A stretch of 64,000 nucleotides of DNA from Eledone cirrhosa (taxonomy: Eukaryota): the NCBI GenBank assembly GCA_964016885.1, contig OZ024765.1, positions 4,588,001 to 4,652,000 on the forward strand. The letters are read 5' to 3'. A program made the position numbers and the translations under genes. Position 1 is the stretch's first letter. Every line of letters begins with the position of its first letter. Positions 42,404-55,047 of this stretch are shown one piece after another. Below the pieces are notes generated by a model. It searched no databases and had not been told where the DNA came from. It worked only from the letters and a program-made list of their open reading frames with translations.

Positions 42404-42408
<5 letters not shown>
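42050..42408. repeat. Perfect palindrome, 179-bp arms, 1-nt spacer
   Basis: Centre ttttggat-a-atccaaaa at 42229. No mismatch seen by eye. Each arm has CTGAAGA...GAAACATATGTC. Confidence 0.93.
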
Positions 42409-42440
<32 letters not shown>

Positions 42441-42443
<3 letters not shown>

Positions 42444-43320
42444 TCATCATCACTGTTTTACGTCCGTTCTTCCATGCTAGCATGGGTTAGACAGGCTGTC
42501 CTGTTGTGGGCAATGCTAGGTCAAGGGACCATGTCCTGCTCATACAGAACTGGTTTTAGCTTGATTTCTATAGCTGGATGCCCTTCCTAACACCAACCTA
42601 ATTTACAGTGAGTACTGGTTGTATTTTTACCGTGGCGTCTACACTACCACTTTACAGTGTGGACTGGGTGCTATTTGTCATGACAACTACACAACCACTT
42701 TACAGTGTGGACTGGGTGCTATTTGTCATGACAACTACACAACCACTTTACAGTGTGGACTGGGTGCTATTTGTCATGACAACTACACAACCACTTTACA
42801 GTGGGGACTGGGTGTTATTTGTCGTGACAGCTACACAACCACTTTACAGTGGGGACCGGGTGCTATTTGTAGTGACATCCATACGACCACTTTACAGTGT
42901 GGGCTGGGTGCATTTTGTCATGCCACCTACATGACCACTTTGCAGTGGGAGGGGTGTGGATATATTGTCTATATGCTTCAGCTTTGGCTTGTAGCCGTGG
43001 GAACTCCGGTCTTCTGTATTACTGCGTAACGCCAAAGGTCTCGGTCTTGTGTCATTGTCTTTGAGAGTTGCAATTGGGCAAGGTCAGTTTTTATCACCTC
43101 ATTCCAGGTCTTCTTGGGTCTCCCCATTCCAAGGCTTCCATCGACTTCTAGTGCTCTGCACCTTTTTATGCAGCTGTCATCCTTCATATGCATCACATGT
43201 CCATACCAACATAATCTCTTCTCCTGCACACAACATTTGATTCCTCTTATGCTTAGTCTCTCTCTCAATTTGTGTATGCTCTGCTGTTCGCATGCATTAC
43301 TATTACACATCCATGTATGT
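42441..43320 (-). mobile_element. SINE A-related tail with 48-bp VNTR (about 7 copies) joined to an RTE fragment
   Basis: (tttacagtgtggactgggtgctatttgtcatgacaactacacaaccac)n, then ORF 42978-43340 LRERLSIRGI..VQEKRLCWYGHVM...GRPKKTW. Confidence 0.85.
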
Positions 43321-43995
43321 ATATGAGTGTATATATTCACAATAACTGAATGATTAATTCAATTGACAGTATTTGTTTTGGCTCTTTTCTCTCTCAATTT
43401 AAATCACACTGAGGTCAGTCAACTTTGCCGTTCATCCATTTGAGGTCAATAACAAAAAAGTACCAGTCTAGTACTGGGGTTTATTCTTACTCTATATACC
43501 TTTCTCCCTTCCATGCTCTCCCTTTCAATGCTTCTCTGGAAGAAATCTGCTGTACTCAGGCCTGGAGAGGAGATGGGCTACACCAGGTTTAAAATTCCCA
43601 AGAAACGCTGTATGTCAATACAGTGCTTCCAAGCAGCCAATATGGGGTTCCTCCAAAGTCTCTTCCGAACTTGGAGATCAGATAGTGCTGCTACTTCTCT
43701 GAATTGAGAGATCACAACTCCGATATTACAGACATGGTTAGAATGTCTCTGGAAAGAATTACTGGCAATATAGCTAGTCTGGAACTAGCGATTGAAATGG
43801 CTACAGTTCAGCCGTTAGATCCCGACTCTTTATAACACATATATAATATATATGTGTTGTTATACTTGGGGAGGGTCATATTGTTGTAATAATATTGCCA
43901 GAAATAACAACAGAACACACTTATTGTTTGGTTGGTGTTCGCTTCTGTATCTTTTATATCTCCATAGTTAATTCATTCGGTCCCCAATGTTTACC

Positions 43996-44041
<46 letters not shown>

Positions 44042-44060
44042 AGTATATCAATGGAAAAAA

Positions 44061-44118
<58 letters not shown>

Positions 44119-44212
44119 ACACAAGTATATCAATGGAAAAAAATATGTATATATAAATATATATAATTGTATCAATATATACATATACACACAAGTATAT
44201 CAATGGAAAAAA

Positions 44213-44253
<41 letters not shown>

Positions 44254-44272
44254 AGTATATCAATGGAAAAAA

Positions 44273-44311
<39 letters not shown>

Positions 44312-44446
44312 AGTATATCAATGGAAAAAATGTATATATATATATATATATATAGATAATTGTATCAACATATATATAAATAATGAGGGTGATATTAAAT
44401 ATTTTCCAATTACAAGTATGAGAATATGTATATATATATACATACA

Positions 44447-44556
<110 letters not shown>

Positions 44557-44853
44557 CACACACACATACCAAATGAAATTGTTGTCTGCAAATGTCACTT
44601 GTGTATTGTTGTCAATTGAATGAATTAATAGTTATTGGGGATACACTCACATATACACACATATATATACATACATATGTATATATATGCACATACACAC
44701 ATATATATATATATATATACACACACATATATCATCCTCATGATTATTACCTTTGCTGTTTTCTTTGCTAGCAAGAGTAGGATAATATATATATATATAT
44801 ATATATGTGTGTATATATGTATGTATATATATGTGTGTGTATATTTGTGTGTG

Positions 44854-44884
<31 letters not shown>

Positions 44885-45566
44885 GTATATGTGTGTGTGT
44901 GTATATATGTATACATATGTGTGTGTGTGTGTATATATGTATACATATGTGTGTGTGTGTGTATATATGTATATATATGTGTGTGTGTGTATATATGTAT
45001 ATATATATGTGTGTGTGTGTATATATATATGTGTGTGTATATATATATGTATAAATATGTGTGTGTATGTATATATATGTGTGTGTATATATATATGTAT
45101 AAATATGTGTGTGTATATTTGTGTATGTATATATATATATATATGTATATGTGTGTGTATATATGTATACATATGTGTGTGTGTGTATATATGTATATAT
45201 ATATGTGTGTGTGTATATATATATATGTGTGTGTATATATATATGTATAAATATGTGTGTGTGTGTATATATATATATGTATATATATATGTGTGTGTGT
45301 ATATATATATGTATATATATATGTGTGTGTATATATATACGTATATGTATATATATGTGTGTGTATATATATATGTATATATATGTGTGTGTATATATAT
45401 ATGTATATATATGTGTGTGTGTATATATATATATTTATATATACACATGTATATATGTATATTTATATTTATATATATATATACACACATATATATATAT
45501 ACATATATATATATACACACACACATATATTTACATAAATATATACACACACACATATACACTCAC

Positions 45567-45597
<31 letters not shown>

Positions 45598-45959
45598 TAT
45601 ACACTGTTTCTATTAGTAATACAATATGATTGAGAAACTAATCATCATTATCATCACTCGTAACTTCTATTGATTATTGCCCATTTAACATATGATTGAT
45701 TTATTGAATTATCTCTCAATATGTGTGTATGTGAGTTTGACCCATTGTGTGTGTGAGATTGTCTGTGTGTGTGTGTGGGGGGAGGAAGGGGGGTGTCTAT
45801 ATATATTTGGGTGGAGTTGTCTGGCTTTTTGATTTGTCTGAATATGTATGTGTGTATATATATATATACACACATACATATATATATATGTATATATATA
45901 TATACATACAGACACCCATATATATAATATATATATATATATATAAGCAGAAGGGATTT

Positions 45960-46218
45960 TCAATTTGTTGGTAATTCAACAAATATAAATGTTTATAACT
46001 GATTTAGAGCACTCGACGGGTTTTCTAGAGTATAATATACAATATTAAATAAAGGAAAACTTCAACCGTAAAGGTATCTTCCTTGACTGTCAAAATTTAT
46101 AAAACACACTTTGTATTTTATCTGAAAGCATACCAAAGTTTTTGGTACCCTTGAAATATATATATATAATAGAATAAATATGGTTTTATAAATATAGTTT
46201 CCATTTATTTAATATCAT
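45960..46218. mobile_element. Diverged copy of the 31822-32220 family, again with inverted segments
   Basis: 45960-46060 is the reverse complement of about 32110-32210. Degenerate ctgaaag-cataccaaag/tttggtaccc-tt-GAAATATATA at 46122-46165. Confidence 0.65.
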
Positions 46219-46239
46219 TGCATATATATATATATATAG

Positions 46240-46615
46240 TCAGTAGGTACCTCTAACAAAAATACACCCCCGTCCCACTACCCCCACCCCATCCACACCA
46301 CCCCTTTCAATGTAAAGCTATGTTGGTACCACAACATCCAGTCCGAAACAAATGAGGTCGTGTAGGTGTCACGACAAAAAAAACACACAGTCCACGCTGT
46401 AATGTGGCCGTGTAGGTAACACGGTAAAAACCTCCCAGTTCCACACTGTAAACGTGGTTGGTGTTAGGAAGGGCATCCGGCCGTAGAAAATCCGCCAGAC
46501 AGTCCTACACGAGCAGGACAACAAATCTTGCCTCAAGTGGGAAAACTCCCGTCCAAACCCATGCAAGCGTGGAAATTGGACGTTAAACGATGATGATGAT
46601 GATGATGATGATGAT
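46240..46615 (+). mobile_element. SINE A-related element
   Basis: gttggtgttaggaagggcatcc...ggacgttaaac(gat)n, the reverse complement of the 15943-16330 and 22000-22245 type. Confidence 0.78.
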
Positions 46616-46635
46616 ATATATATGAAAATGTATAA

Positions 46636-46880
46636 CCCTGACGGCAGAGCTTAAGCCGTTTCAACGACTATTTCTGTATGTTGAAACGGCTTGAGCTCTG
46701 CCGTCGGGGTCAAACATTTTCCCATTACCCACTCTACTACCCTAAGTATTGAGTACTCTGGTGCGTTATGGTCCATCTGGTCCATAACGCACCAGAGTAG
46801 TCAATACTTAGGGTAGTAGAGTGGGTAATAGGAACAAGTATGACCCCGACGGCAGAGCTCAAGCTGTTTCAATGGCTATT
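46636..46880. repeat. Double fold-back (nested inverted repeats)
   Basis: 46636-46666 pairs with 46680-46710, and 46682-46770 pairs with 46782-46872. Confidence 0.88.
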
Positions 46881-47089
46881 TCTATATGAATGTGTGTGTA
46901 TATAAATGTGTATATATATATATATATAGGTATGTGTGTATATATATATATAGGTATGTGTATGTATAGGTATGTGTGTATGTGTCTGAATATGTCTATA
47001 TAGGTATGTATGTATGTATATAGGTATGTGTGTATATATGTATGTGTGTATGTATCTAAATGTGTATATATAGGTATGTATGTATGTAT

Positions 47090-47630
47090 GGTCGGGTCGT
47101 TGGCAACCCCACCAAGGTTTCTTGGTGAGGAGGGTGACTTTGGACATCCTGCAGGACTAAAATCAAAACCTGTCAAAGGACAAAGGAGCTCTTAAGAGTC
47201 AATGGCCATCCAAAATCACCGGGAGAGATGACCCCTTAGCCTTTGTCAAGGCAGAATTCTAGGAGAAGGAAAACTCTGATATAACACCTGCAACCCTGAT
47301 GGTATCCAATGATGTTGACTTGTTCTTCTTTTTGGTACATATCATCTTGGTTAAGAGAGTGGGACTGGCTTTGCGCAGTGCCTTTGCTCACTATAAAAGC
47401 TTCACGGCACAGGCATTGCTTTATATCTGGAAATCTCTCTGCACTTGTCGTCACATGGTACCATGGGCCCAGCACTATGTGTCAGTAATTGTCACAAGTG
47501 TAGTGTTTGTACCAGAGTTTTCAAGTCTCTGGCTGGACTAAAAAGTCACACTCGTTCAGTGCATCGGTTGGGGTTCTCCTATATGGATATAAAGTAGTGG
47601 CTGTACTCGAAAACGAGTTGGCAGCCATAA
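47090..47630 (+). mobile_element. Non-autonomous bipartite RTE derivative (5' UTR fused to C-terminal zinc finger and 3' end)
   Basis: 47305-47420 resembles 23222-23345, which lies upstream of the RTE endonuclease. 47493-47564 encodes HKCSVCTRVFKSLAGLKSHTRSVH. Confidence 0.72.
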
Positions 47631-47889
47631 TTTTATAATGATTTAAGAATCACCTGTCAGATTTAAAACAAACAATGTCAAGTTTATTTACAATTTTGGA
47701 AATAATTCATTTTATAGATTCTTTAAAACTCTCTTTTTTGCAATAATTAATCATTAATTGTATTAACTAGTGGAATTATAGCTCTGATATATCTCAATAG
47801 TGGTTTTCAATTACCTTTTTAACAATTTTTTTTATGCTTGAAAGTATTGTATATGTTTATACATTAACTTTGTTCTTATATTAAGTATA

Positions 47890-48260
47890 GAGGTGCAAGC
47901 CCTAGAGGTAAGGTTGTTGGACTGACAATCATAATGTCATACGTTTGATTCCTGGACAAGGTTGTGTGTTGTGTCCTTGAACAAAACACTTCACTTCACA
48001 TTGTTCCAGAGGTAAGGGTGTTGGACTTGTGATCATATTGTTGTGGGTTTGATTCCCAGACTGGGTAGTGTGTTGAGCAAAACATTTCATTTCACATTGC
48101 TCCAGTATACGCAGTAGAAAATTAGTTCCAACAGTAACTGTGAATTTAACCCTGTAAGAGACTGGTGTCCTATCCAGGGGGAATTCTTGTACTCTCAGGC
48201 ACTTCATCCTATGTAAACTGGGCTAAACACCAACCTGATGAGCCTCTGGGTTCAAGACAC
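47890..48260 (+). mobile_element. SINE family C with duplicated head
   Basis: agaggtaagg.tgttggac occurs twice, followed by aaccctgtaagagactggtgtcctatccaggggg. Confidence 0.72.
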
Positions 48261-48399
48261 ATTTAGACTTGTATTGAGTACTGTTGCCACATTTGGTCTG
48301 GTGCTCCTGCCATGCATCTTGAGAGTCCGGATAAAAATCTAGCCCATGTCAGTAAGGAAAAGTGGATGCAAAAATGGTGATGATGATGATGATTATATA

Positions 48400-48677
48400 T
48401 CATCATCATCATCATCATCAATTTACGTCCGCTTTTCCCTGCTTGCAAGGGTGGGACGGATCTTATTCAGCACAGCATCTCTCCACTTGTCACGGTCCTT
48501 CGTCATCTCCACCGTGAGCTTCAATGATCTGAGGTCTGTTCTCACCCCCTCCGCCCATGTTTTTCGTGGTCTACCTCTACCACGTCTTCCTTCAACTGGT
48601 ATTACCTGGCACTTCTTCACCCATCGGTCATCCTCCATGCGCATCACATGTCCATACCACCTCAGTCTCCTCTCCCG
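48400..48677 (-). mobile_element. RTE LINE 3' end
   Basis: MRMEDDRWVKKC...GRRGRGRPRKTW..VR.DL..LKL...KDRDKWR, with a (GAT)n tail. Similar copies at 53935-54083 (+), 62618-62848 (-) and 63433-63560 (-). Confidence 0.88.
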
Positions 48678-48699
48678 TATATAGTTATTAATAATTTAA

Positions 48700-48879
48700 C
48701 ATTAAAAAAATATATATTGCCATGAAAAAAAAGCCATTAAAATAATTGCGGAAGATATTTACAATTCCATGAATATGTGGTGGTTTCCACAAACAATTAT
48801 TAGTTAGGTTCTAAGGAAAATTCTGTGAATAACCAGGACCGCGAATTTCTGAACTGCGAATGTCAGGAGTTCACTGTAT
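48700..48879. mobile_element. pogo/Tigger-like MITE end
   Basis: Ends ...caggagttcactgTA. An inverted partial copy lies at 15661-15762. Confidence 0.5.
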
Positions 48880-49092
48880 ATAGTTCACATTAAATTTACA
48901 CTTAACATGTATGCATGACCTTAGGTTTTGGGGTTCAGTTATGGGCACCTTTGTATAGTAGGGGAGTCCTTCTAAAACTGGCCTGTCTCTTCAGTCATAC
49001 ATGTTAGGTTGGTGAAATTCAATGTAAACTAAATCTGCTCTCTTGAGCAATGTTTTCCTTGGCCTACCTCGTTTCTATGGATGCCTTTCTTA

Positions 49093-50270
49093 ACACTTTA
49101 GCATTTAAACTGGCCATATCTGGCCAGAATTCGCAACTCTTTCTGTTTAACCCTTTAGCATTTAAACTGGCCATATCTGGCCAGAATTCTCACAACTCTT
49201 TCTGTTTAACCCTTTAGCATTTAAACTGGCCATATCTGGCCAGAATTCTCACAACTCTTTCTGTTTAACCCTTTAGCATTTAAACTGGCCATATCTGGCC
49301 AGAATTCGCAACTCTTTCTGTTTAACCCTTTAGCATTTAAACTGGCCATATCTGGCCAGAATTCTCACAACTCTTTCTGTTTAACCCTTTAGCATTTAAA
49401 CTGGCCATATCTGGCCAGAATTCGCAACTCTTTCTGTTTAACCCTTTAGCATTTAAACTGGCCATATCTGGCCAGAATTCTCACAACTCTTTCTGTTTAA
49501 CCCTTTAGCATTTAAACTGGCCATATCTGGCCAGAATTCGCAACTCTTTCTGTTTAACCCTTTAGCATTTAAACTGGCCATATCTGGCCAGAATTCTCAC
49601 AACTCTTTCTGTTTAACCCTTTAGCATTTAAACTGGCCATATCTGGCCAGAATTCTCACAACTCTTTCTGTTTAACCCTTTAGCATTTAAACTGGCCATA
49701 TCTGGCCAGAATTCGCAACTCTTTCTGTTTAACCCTTTAGCATTTAAACTGGCCATATCTGGCCAGAATTCTCACAACTCTTTCTGTTTAACCCTTTAGC
49801 ATTTAAACTGGCCATATCTGGCCAGAATTCGCAACTCTTTCTGTTTAACCCTTTAGCATTTAAACTGGCCATATCTGGCCAGAATTCTCACAACTCTTTC
49901 TGTTTAACCCTTTAGCATTTAAACTGGCCATATCTGGCCAGAATTCTCACAACTCTTTCTGTTTAACCCTTTAGCATTTAAACTGGCCATATCTGGCCAG
50001 AATTCGCAACTCTTTCTGTTTAACCCTTTAGCATTTAAACTGGCCATATCTGGCCAGAATTCTCACAACTCTTTCTGTTTAACCCTTTAGCATTTAAACT
50101 GGCCATATCTGGCCAGAATTCTCACAACTCTTTCTGTTTAACCCTTTAGCATTTAAACTGGCCATATCTGGCCAGAATTCGCAACTCTTTCTGTTTAACC
50201 CTTTAGCATTTAAACTGGCCATATCTGGCCAGAATTCTCACAACTCTTTCTGTTTAACCCTTTAGCATTT
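49093..50270. repeat. 57/59-bp satellite made of the piggyBac MITE terminus, about 20 copies
   Basis: tttaaccctttagcatttaaactggccatatctggccagaattc(tca/g)caactctttctg. Confidence 0.96.
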
Positions 50271-50480
50271 ACATTACTCTATATTTACAATTGTATTTTT
50301 GAGGTAAAGGCTTTACCTCACAATTATTTCACATAATATCATATCTACAAGCTTTTGATGTTATTTATTTTGAGAACAATACCATAACGTTAATATGAGT
50401 GGTCAGTTATGGCTGGTTTGAACAGAAAGAGATGAGAGAATTCTGGCTGGATCTGGATGGTTTAAATGCTAAAGAGTTAA
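50254..50480. mobile_element. piggyBac-type MITE
   Basis: TTAA-CCCTTTAGCATTTA...TAAATGCTAAAGAG-TTAA. Confidence 0.82.
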
Positions 50481-50857
50481 CATTTCACAATAAATTTTCC
50501 ACAATTTAAATTTTTTTCCTCTTATCGTCAGCCATTTAAACATATACTATATTTATGAGAAATATATGATTATACAAGTCTAATTAGTTGATAGCTTGTA
50601 ATACATTTTCATTTAAATCAATCTATATCGTGTCTAAATTACAACGTTTATTGCATTAGTAATGCAGTTAATAACACTTTATCAGTGTTATATTAAACAG
50701 TAATATCTCTCTTTAAGAAATATCATTTACTCATTTCTTTTATTTTGCGCTGATATTAAATATTATCAGAGAAAAATAACACAAAGTTGCTGATACAATA
50801 TTTGATAGAAGTATGTTCTATAGTATCTTCTTGTTCTTTGTCTTTTTCTTTATATCA

Positions 50858-51243
50858 GTGGTTGGTGGTGGTGGTGGTGGTGGTGGTGGTGATAGTAGCA
50901 GTGGTAGTGGGGGTAGCAGTGGTGGTGGTGGTGGTGGTGGTGGTAGTGATAGTGGTAGTGGTGGTGGTGGTAGTGGTGGTGGTATTGGTGGTGGTGATAG
51001 TGGTGGTATTGGTGGTGGTGGTGGTGGTGGTGGAGGTAGCAGTGGTGGTGGTGGAGGTGGTGGTGGTAGTGATGGTGGTGGTGGTGGTAGTAGTGGTGGT
51101 GGTAGTAGTAGTGGTGGTAGTGGTAGTGGTGATAGTGGCAGTGGTAGTGGAGGTAGCAGTGGTGGTGGTGGTGGTAGTGGTGGTGGTGATAGTGGCAGTG
51201 GTGGTGGTGGTGGTGGTATTGGTGGTGGTGGAGGTGGTGATAA
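50858..51243. repeat. (GGT/AGT)n tract
   Basis: Direct reading. Confidence 0.95.
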
Positions 51244-51432
51244 TGTCCATGTATGCTGTTAATAAATTAGTATTGTTTGATTTTATATTGATCCCATTGA
51301 AGATATCGACCCCAGATTGATATTTCAGTCTGGTATTTCGTATTTCATTGATTTACAAGTATTGATTTCATTTGATTTTAGATATGTTTGTTTTTGTTTT
51401 TTGGACTTAATACTGGCATTACTCCAGTAAAC

Positions 51433-51464
<32 letters not shown>

Positions 51465-51801
51465 ATATATCTATATGTATGTGTGTGTGTATATATGTAT
51501 GTGTGTGTGTATATATCTATATGTATATATATGTGTGTGTGTATATATCTCTATGTATATGTATGTGTATATATCTATATGTATGTATGTGTGTGTGTGT
51601 ATATATCTATATGTATATATATATGTGTGTATATATCTATATATATATATATATGTGTGTGTGTATATCTATCTATATATATATATGTGTATATATCTAT
51701 ATATATATATATGTGTGTGTGTGTATATATATATCTATATATATATGTGTGTGTATATATCTATATGTATATATATATATGTGTGTATATATATATCTAT
51801 C

Positions 51802-51840
<39 letters not shown>

Positions 51841-51907
51841 ATATATCTATATGTATATATATATATGTGTATATATCTATATGTATATATATATATGTGT
51901 GTATATA

Positions 51908-51937
<30 letters not shown>

Positions 51938-51941
<4 letters not shown>

Positions 51942-52169
51942 CATCAGTTGTTAGCTGTCGAGACACTGCATCCTTTAAAACGTCCATACTTCCTGAGATT
52001 CACCAACACTACACCTGATATTCCCCCTCCATACACACACACATGTATATCATGACTCATACACTGTTCACTTTCCTGACATTTGTACATTACCCTATGT
52101 ACTATACATGCACCTTTGATGAGTTGTAGTGCCCCTGAGCACTGTACATAGTAATTTCATTATTATTAT
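51938..52169 (+). mobile_element. CR1-type LINE 3' end
   Basis: [14 protein letters not shown], then a 3' UTR gagttgtagtgc.cctgagcact and (TTA)n. Confidence 0.8.
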
Positions 52170-52559
52170 GCCCTGATTAACTTTTTCAAATTTCATTTGA
52201 AAAGGAAAATCAGGGTAGAGAGGGAAGTGCTCTCTTCCCAGCATTTTGTTGAAAGATGGGTGAGAGAAGCAAGTATGGCCCGAATGAATGGGCCTTCTCT
52301 GAGTATGTGTCTGTAAATTAAAGGTGGAAAACTGGGAGAGGGCACTTGCCCTGGTGGTCAGGGCCACTGTGGTCTTTTAATGGGCTTTCTCCACAAATGT
52401 CCCTTGGAAGTCTCCCCCCTATTGGGGAATTTTTCTTTGTTATTTTATTTCAACCTCTGTTTTTTTTACACGCAGAAATGCCCATTTGTACCGTCCTGTA
52501 TTGTCCTGTACTGTCCTTAATGTCTACTTTATGTGAACCCTTGTGGTTAATAAAGAAAA

Positions 52560-52602
<43 letters not shown>
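52170..52602 (+). mobile_element. Probable Tx1/L1-like LINE 3' end
   Basis: Open frame ALINFFKFHLKRKIRVEREVLSSQHFVERW...* (stop at 52314-52316), 3' UTR, AATAAA and (TTA)n tail. Confidence 0.5.
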
Positions 52603-52604
<2 letters not shown>

Positions 52605-52689
52605 ATGGTTGTAAAAACGATGATGGTAATATTGTGTGGCCCAATTTGTTGCCAAATGGATGCTAGCATGAATACCTACAGCTAGTAGT

Positions 52690-52872
52690 ATTGAATAAAG
52701 AAATCATACTTGGCATCAGCTTACCTTACAGGAAGAACAACACCTGGATTGGACAACAGACTGGTGTGGAGGACATAATTGAGACCATAAAGAAGGGCAG
52801 AGATAGTTTTCCTGGCCATGTCTCTCATTTCAAAAGCAACAAGTGGACTATTAGAGTGACAAAGTGGACACC
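52690..52872 (+). mobile_element. Fragment of a different RTE-like ORF
   Basis: ILGISL..RKNNTWI.QQTGVEDII..IKK.....GHV......KWT.RVT.WTP. Confidence 0.7.
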
Positions 52873-52953
52873 AGGGTTCTTGTCTTATGACCCAGTGATA
52901 AACAGGCAGAACCCCAGAGTAACAAGACTCACTATTTAACCTTAATAAAATGA

Positions 52954-52993
<40 letters not shown>

Positions 52994-53064
52994 ATATATA
53001 AACAAATAGTAGAAAGGAAAAAGATTTTTTCAGTAGAAAATGTTGAAGAGATTCTTTCAGTGAA

Positions 53065-53375
53065 ATCATCATCATTTTACGTCCACTTTTCCCTGCTTGC
53101 AAGGGTGGGACGGGAACTGATTCTGGCTTGATTTCTACAGCTGGATGCCCTTCCTAACACCAACCTCATTTACAGTGAGTGCTGGGTGCTTTTTTGCCGT
53201 GGCACCTCCACGACCACTTTACAGTGGAATGATAGGGACCCCAGTCCCTATCATCTCATTTCTACAGCTGAGTAAACTGGAGCAATGTGAAATAAAGTGT
53301 CTTGCTCAAGGAAACAACACATCACCCGGTCTGAGAATTGAACTCACAACCTTTCGATTGCAAGCCCAATGCTCT
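53065..53375 (-). mobile_element. SINE family A
   Basis: Matches 7938-8290. Confidence 0.87.
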
Positions 53376-53687
53376 TTCAGTGAGATATCAAAACATTAAT
53401 TTATTTACAATACCAGTTTCAGCATTATATGCATTGTCAGTTGTGGATATGCAGAATATTGTTAAGTTGCATATTTGTACAAATAGTGATAACAATAATA
53501 ATAACATGCTATGCAGCATAGCGTTTGGGCCCTTTACGTTCTGATTTCAAATCTCACCAAGAGTAATTTTGCCTTTCATTCTTACGGGGTCAATAAAATA
53601 AAGTACCAGTCACGCACTGGGGTCGATTTAATCAACTTTCCCTTGCCCCCAAAATTACTGGTCTTGTGCCTAAATCAGAAACCAGAG

Positions 53688-53881
53688 GGCAGTAGATTGG
53701 CAGTATCAGTAGAGGGTCGGACGTAACTCTTTGCAAGCAAAGAGTTACGTCCCTTTATGATCTGAGTTCAAATCCCGCCGAGGTTAACTTTGCCTGTCAT
53801 CCTACCAGGGATCGATAAAATAAAGTACCAGTAATACACTGGGATAATTGCTGGCCTTGTGCCTAAAGTAGAAACAATTAT

Positions 53882-53882
<1 letters not shown>
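53688..53882 (+). mobile_element. SINE family B with internal fold-back
   Basis: ggacgtaactctttgc-aa-gcaaagagttacgtcc at 53719-53752. Confidence 0.8.
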
Positions 53883-53936
<54 letters not shown>

Positions 53937-54241
53937 GAAGGTGGTGAGTGGTGACCTTAAATCACTGAAGCTACAAAACAGATGACGAAGAACTGTCATA
54001 ATTGGAGAGATGCTGTGCTGAAAAGAACCCGTGCCACCCTTGCAAGCAAGGAAATGCGAACGTAAAATGATGATGATGATGATATATATATATACATATA
54101 TCTAGAAGAATTTTATTCATACGAGCTGGGAAAAAAAAATCCCTGATGCAAACAAAATTTAATGGGGCAATTATTGGTGTTTACTTTCAAGCAAGATTCT
54201 GGACAGTGCAAAATTGCAACTCCCACCCCACACCATCCCGT

Positions 54242-54280
<39 letters not shown>

Positions 54281-54489
54281 TTATATATCTTTATAAATAT
54301 GAATATATATGTATATATACAATCTACATTATATAATTATATACATATGTATATTTATGTATATACACATTGTTATAGATTGCGAGGGCCATACTGCCAA
54401 ATTCAAAAATTATGTAGGTGTATATATATATATATATATATATATACATACATATATACATATATACATATGCATATGTATACATATAT

Positions 54490-54526
<37 letters not shown>

Positions 54527-54565
54527 CATATATACATATATACATATGCATATGTATACATATAT

Positions 54566-54606
<41 letters not shown>

Positions 54607-55047
54607 TACGTATATATATATGCATATATATACATACACATATATATATGCATATACATATATATATATACATATGCATTTATATGAATATATATGTATA
54701 TATATATATATATGCATATATATGCATATATATATGTATATATATATATATATGCATATATATGCATATATATGTGTATGTATATATGCATATAGATATA
54801 CACATATATATACATATATAAATGTTTTCTTTTGTATGTCTTATAATAAAACAATCAACAGTGTTGTGTTATCTGTGGCAAATTGCCAGGGACGTTGCCA
54901 TGGTTATGTATTTATTATATTTATTTGTTTGTTTTCTTTGCTCCGAACATTATCTTAGTTTTGTGGACTATCGATTAAACATATTCTTCCTTTCAGATAC
55001 ACACTCACACTTTCTACTATAACATACACATGTATATACACATATAT

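Noticed and set aside
44035-44345. Constant 30-bp repeat with variable spacers
   Set aside because: The spacers are only (TA)n of differing length, so this is a compound minisatellite.
48235-48262. CTGATGAG motif
   Set aside because: It is part of the SINE C tail, with no GAAA or stem III.
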